Shown here in pieces: positions 62,899-64,000 of a stretch of 64,000 nt of DNA (position 1 is its first letter; every line of letters begins with the position of its first letter). The notes beneath the pieces were generated by a model that had not been told where the DNA came from, searched no databases, and was given only the letters and a program-made list of their open reading frames with translations. The DNA comes from a virus: the IMG/VR virus record IMGVR_UViG_3300015372_000001, positions 1 to 64,000 of that record. The stretch is one strand, 5' to 3'. Made by a program: the position numbers and the translations under genes.

Positions 62899-63229
62899 GA
62901 TCGCGGCCATCCTGGCGGTCACTCCCGAGTCGGTGACCCAGATGCTGAGCGAGCTGTACGGGTTCGACGCGGCCTACCTGACCGAGCAGGAGCGGACCAC
63001 CGCCCTGGCCACCGAGGTGATGCGGCTGGACAAGCTGCAGACCGCGGTCTGGCCGGCGGCGATGATGGGCGATCCGAAGTCCGTGGACTCCGCAGTGCGG
63101 ATCATCATGGCGCGGGCCAAGATCACCGGCCTGGAGCAGGCCGACCCGGTGGTGAACAAGAACCTGGTGCTGATCATGGGGGACAAGGAGGAGGACTACA
63201 TCAAGGCCCTGCAGGCGGCTACCGAGTAG
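62756..63229 (+). CDS. probable terminase small subunit (HTH)
   Basis: AF.LR..G.S..EIA..L; RLD.L..A.W..A..GD.K.V......RAK..GL. Confidence 0.65.
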   Translation: MAKGTGTGSGPKKQVSTVSSLRSPSREEHWTRAREAFDLRLEGHSPSEIAAILAVTPESVTQMLSELYGFDAAYLTEQERTTALATEVMRLDKLQTAVWPAAMMGDPKSVDSAVRIIMARAKITGLEQADPVVNKNLVLIMGDKEEDYIKALQAATE

Positions 63230-63255
63230 CACGCGCAGCCCGTAGGGTTCGCCCC

Positions 63256-63684
63256 ATGGCAGCCAAGCGGACCTCGCTCCCCATGACCGAGCTCACCGCA
63301 GAGCAGCTGCTACTGCATGTTGTGATCCCGTCCCTCAACCGCCTGGAGAAGAAGATGACCGACCTTGGAACAGCAGTAGCAGACCTGCAGTCTGCAGTGG
63401 ACGGAGTGGCCCAGCGGCTGCTCCCGGAGATCGCCAACCTCGAGGCCGCTCTGGCCGCTGCCCAGGCAGACGACGCGGATGCGGCTGCGGCTGCTGCCGA
63501 CGCGGCTACCGCGGTGGCCAACATCCGGACCGAGGTGGACCGGCTGAACGCGCTCGGCACCGACCCGAGCACGCCGGTGGACACCGAGACCCCGCCGGTC
63601 GAGCCGCCTCCGGTCGAGGTGCCGGCCGACCCGAACGCTCCGGTCGTGGACAACACCCTCCCCGGCGACCTGCCGGTCGAGTAG
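63256..63684 (+). CDS. acidic coiled-coil protein with Pro-rich tail
   Basis: Ala/Asp-rich helix; PVE repeats. Confidence 0.65.
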   Translation: MAAKRTSLPMTELTAEQLLLHVVIPSLNRLEKKMTDLGTAVADLQSAVDGVAQRLLPEIANLEAALAAAQADDADAAAAAADAATAVANIRTEVDRLNALGTDPSTPVDTETPPVEPPPVEVPADPNAPVVDNTLPGDLPVE

Positions 63685-63788
63685 GCTACAACCGCTGCGA
63701 CCACGGCGAAGGCCTCGTACCGATCCTGCCCCATGCTGGACGGTCCGGGGCCTTCGTTCTGGGTAGCGGAGATCGGGATGATGGAGAC

Positions 63789-64000
63789 ATGGTTGCCGCG
63801 AACGTGCCGATGGAGATCGACCAGGGCGAGGACTGGACCACCACGATCGTCTACACCGACGACTTCGATGAGCCCTACCACCTCGTCGCCCCGTGCCGGC
63901 TGGACATCAAGTCCAGGCAGGGAGCGATCCAGCTCACCCTGGAGACCCCGGACGAGGAGGTGCCCGAGGGCACGATCCCGGCGATCGGGATCAGCGAGGA
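63789..64000 (+). CDS. probable virion beta-sandwich protein, 3'-truncated
   Basis: M.IDQGEDW...Y.D..P..L...R.DIK; open to the window end. Confidence 0.6.
   Translation, partial: MVAANVPMEIDQGEDWTTTIVYTDDFDEPYHLVAPCRLDIKSRQGAIQLTLETPDEEVPEGTIPAIGISE

Noticed and set aside
1-64000. Prophage or temperate markers (integrase, repressor, att sites) and host flanks
   Set aside because: None recognised and the whole window looks phage-derived; lifestyle cannot be settled because part of the genome lies outside the window

Overview
A 64-kb segment of a high-GC, siphovirus-like actinobacteriophage genome. The WhiB gene, DnaE-type polymerase and leaderless-type promoters point to an actinobacterial host. 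(1) 1-23.8 kb, + strand, is the virion operon: MuF-like head protein, XkdF/S78-type prohead protease, scaffold, decoration protein, major capsid, head-tail proteins, major tail, tail chaperones with a -1 frameshift site, a 1984-aa tape measure with peptidoglycan hydrolase domains, and minor tail proteins. (2) 24.1-46.3 kb, - strand, holds about 55 mostly small accessory genes driven by three leftward promoters. (3) 46.7-64 kb, + strand, holds membrane and collagen-like genes, replication and recombination genes (DnaB, primase, SSB, DnaE, Cas4-like, RuvC-like), regulators, WhiB and a probable small terminase. No portal, large terminase, endolysin, integrase, canonical tRNA or CRISPR array was recognised. 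Main finds: (a) a twice-present module of an 86-aa Gly-Gly-terminated, beta-grasp-like protein beside proteins with an E2-like (H)xNI...GRIC cysteine motif, a candidate phage ubiquitin-like conjugation system; (b) six basic proteins in the head operon sharing a SAFG[VI][DE]H tag next to putative protease sites, a candidate capsid-targeting system; (c) a prohead protease apparently split between two genes; (d) a probable gene nested inside dnaE; (e) promoter-leader-terminator units with shared RNA motifs. All product calls come from reading motifs by eye; no database searches were run.
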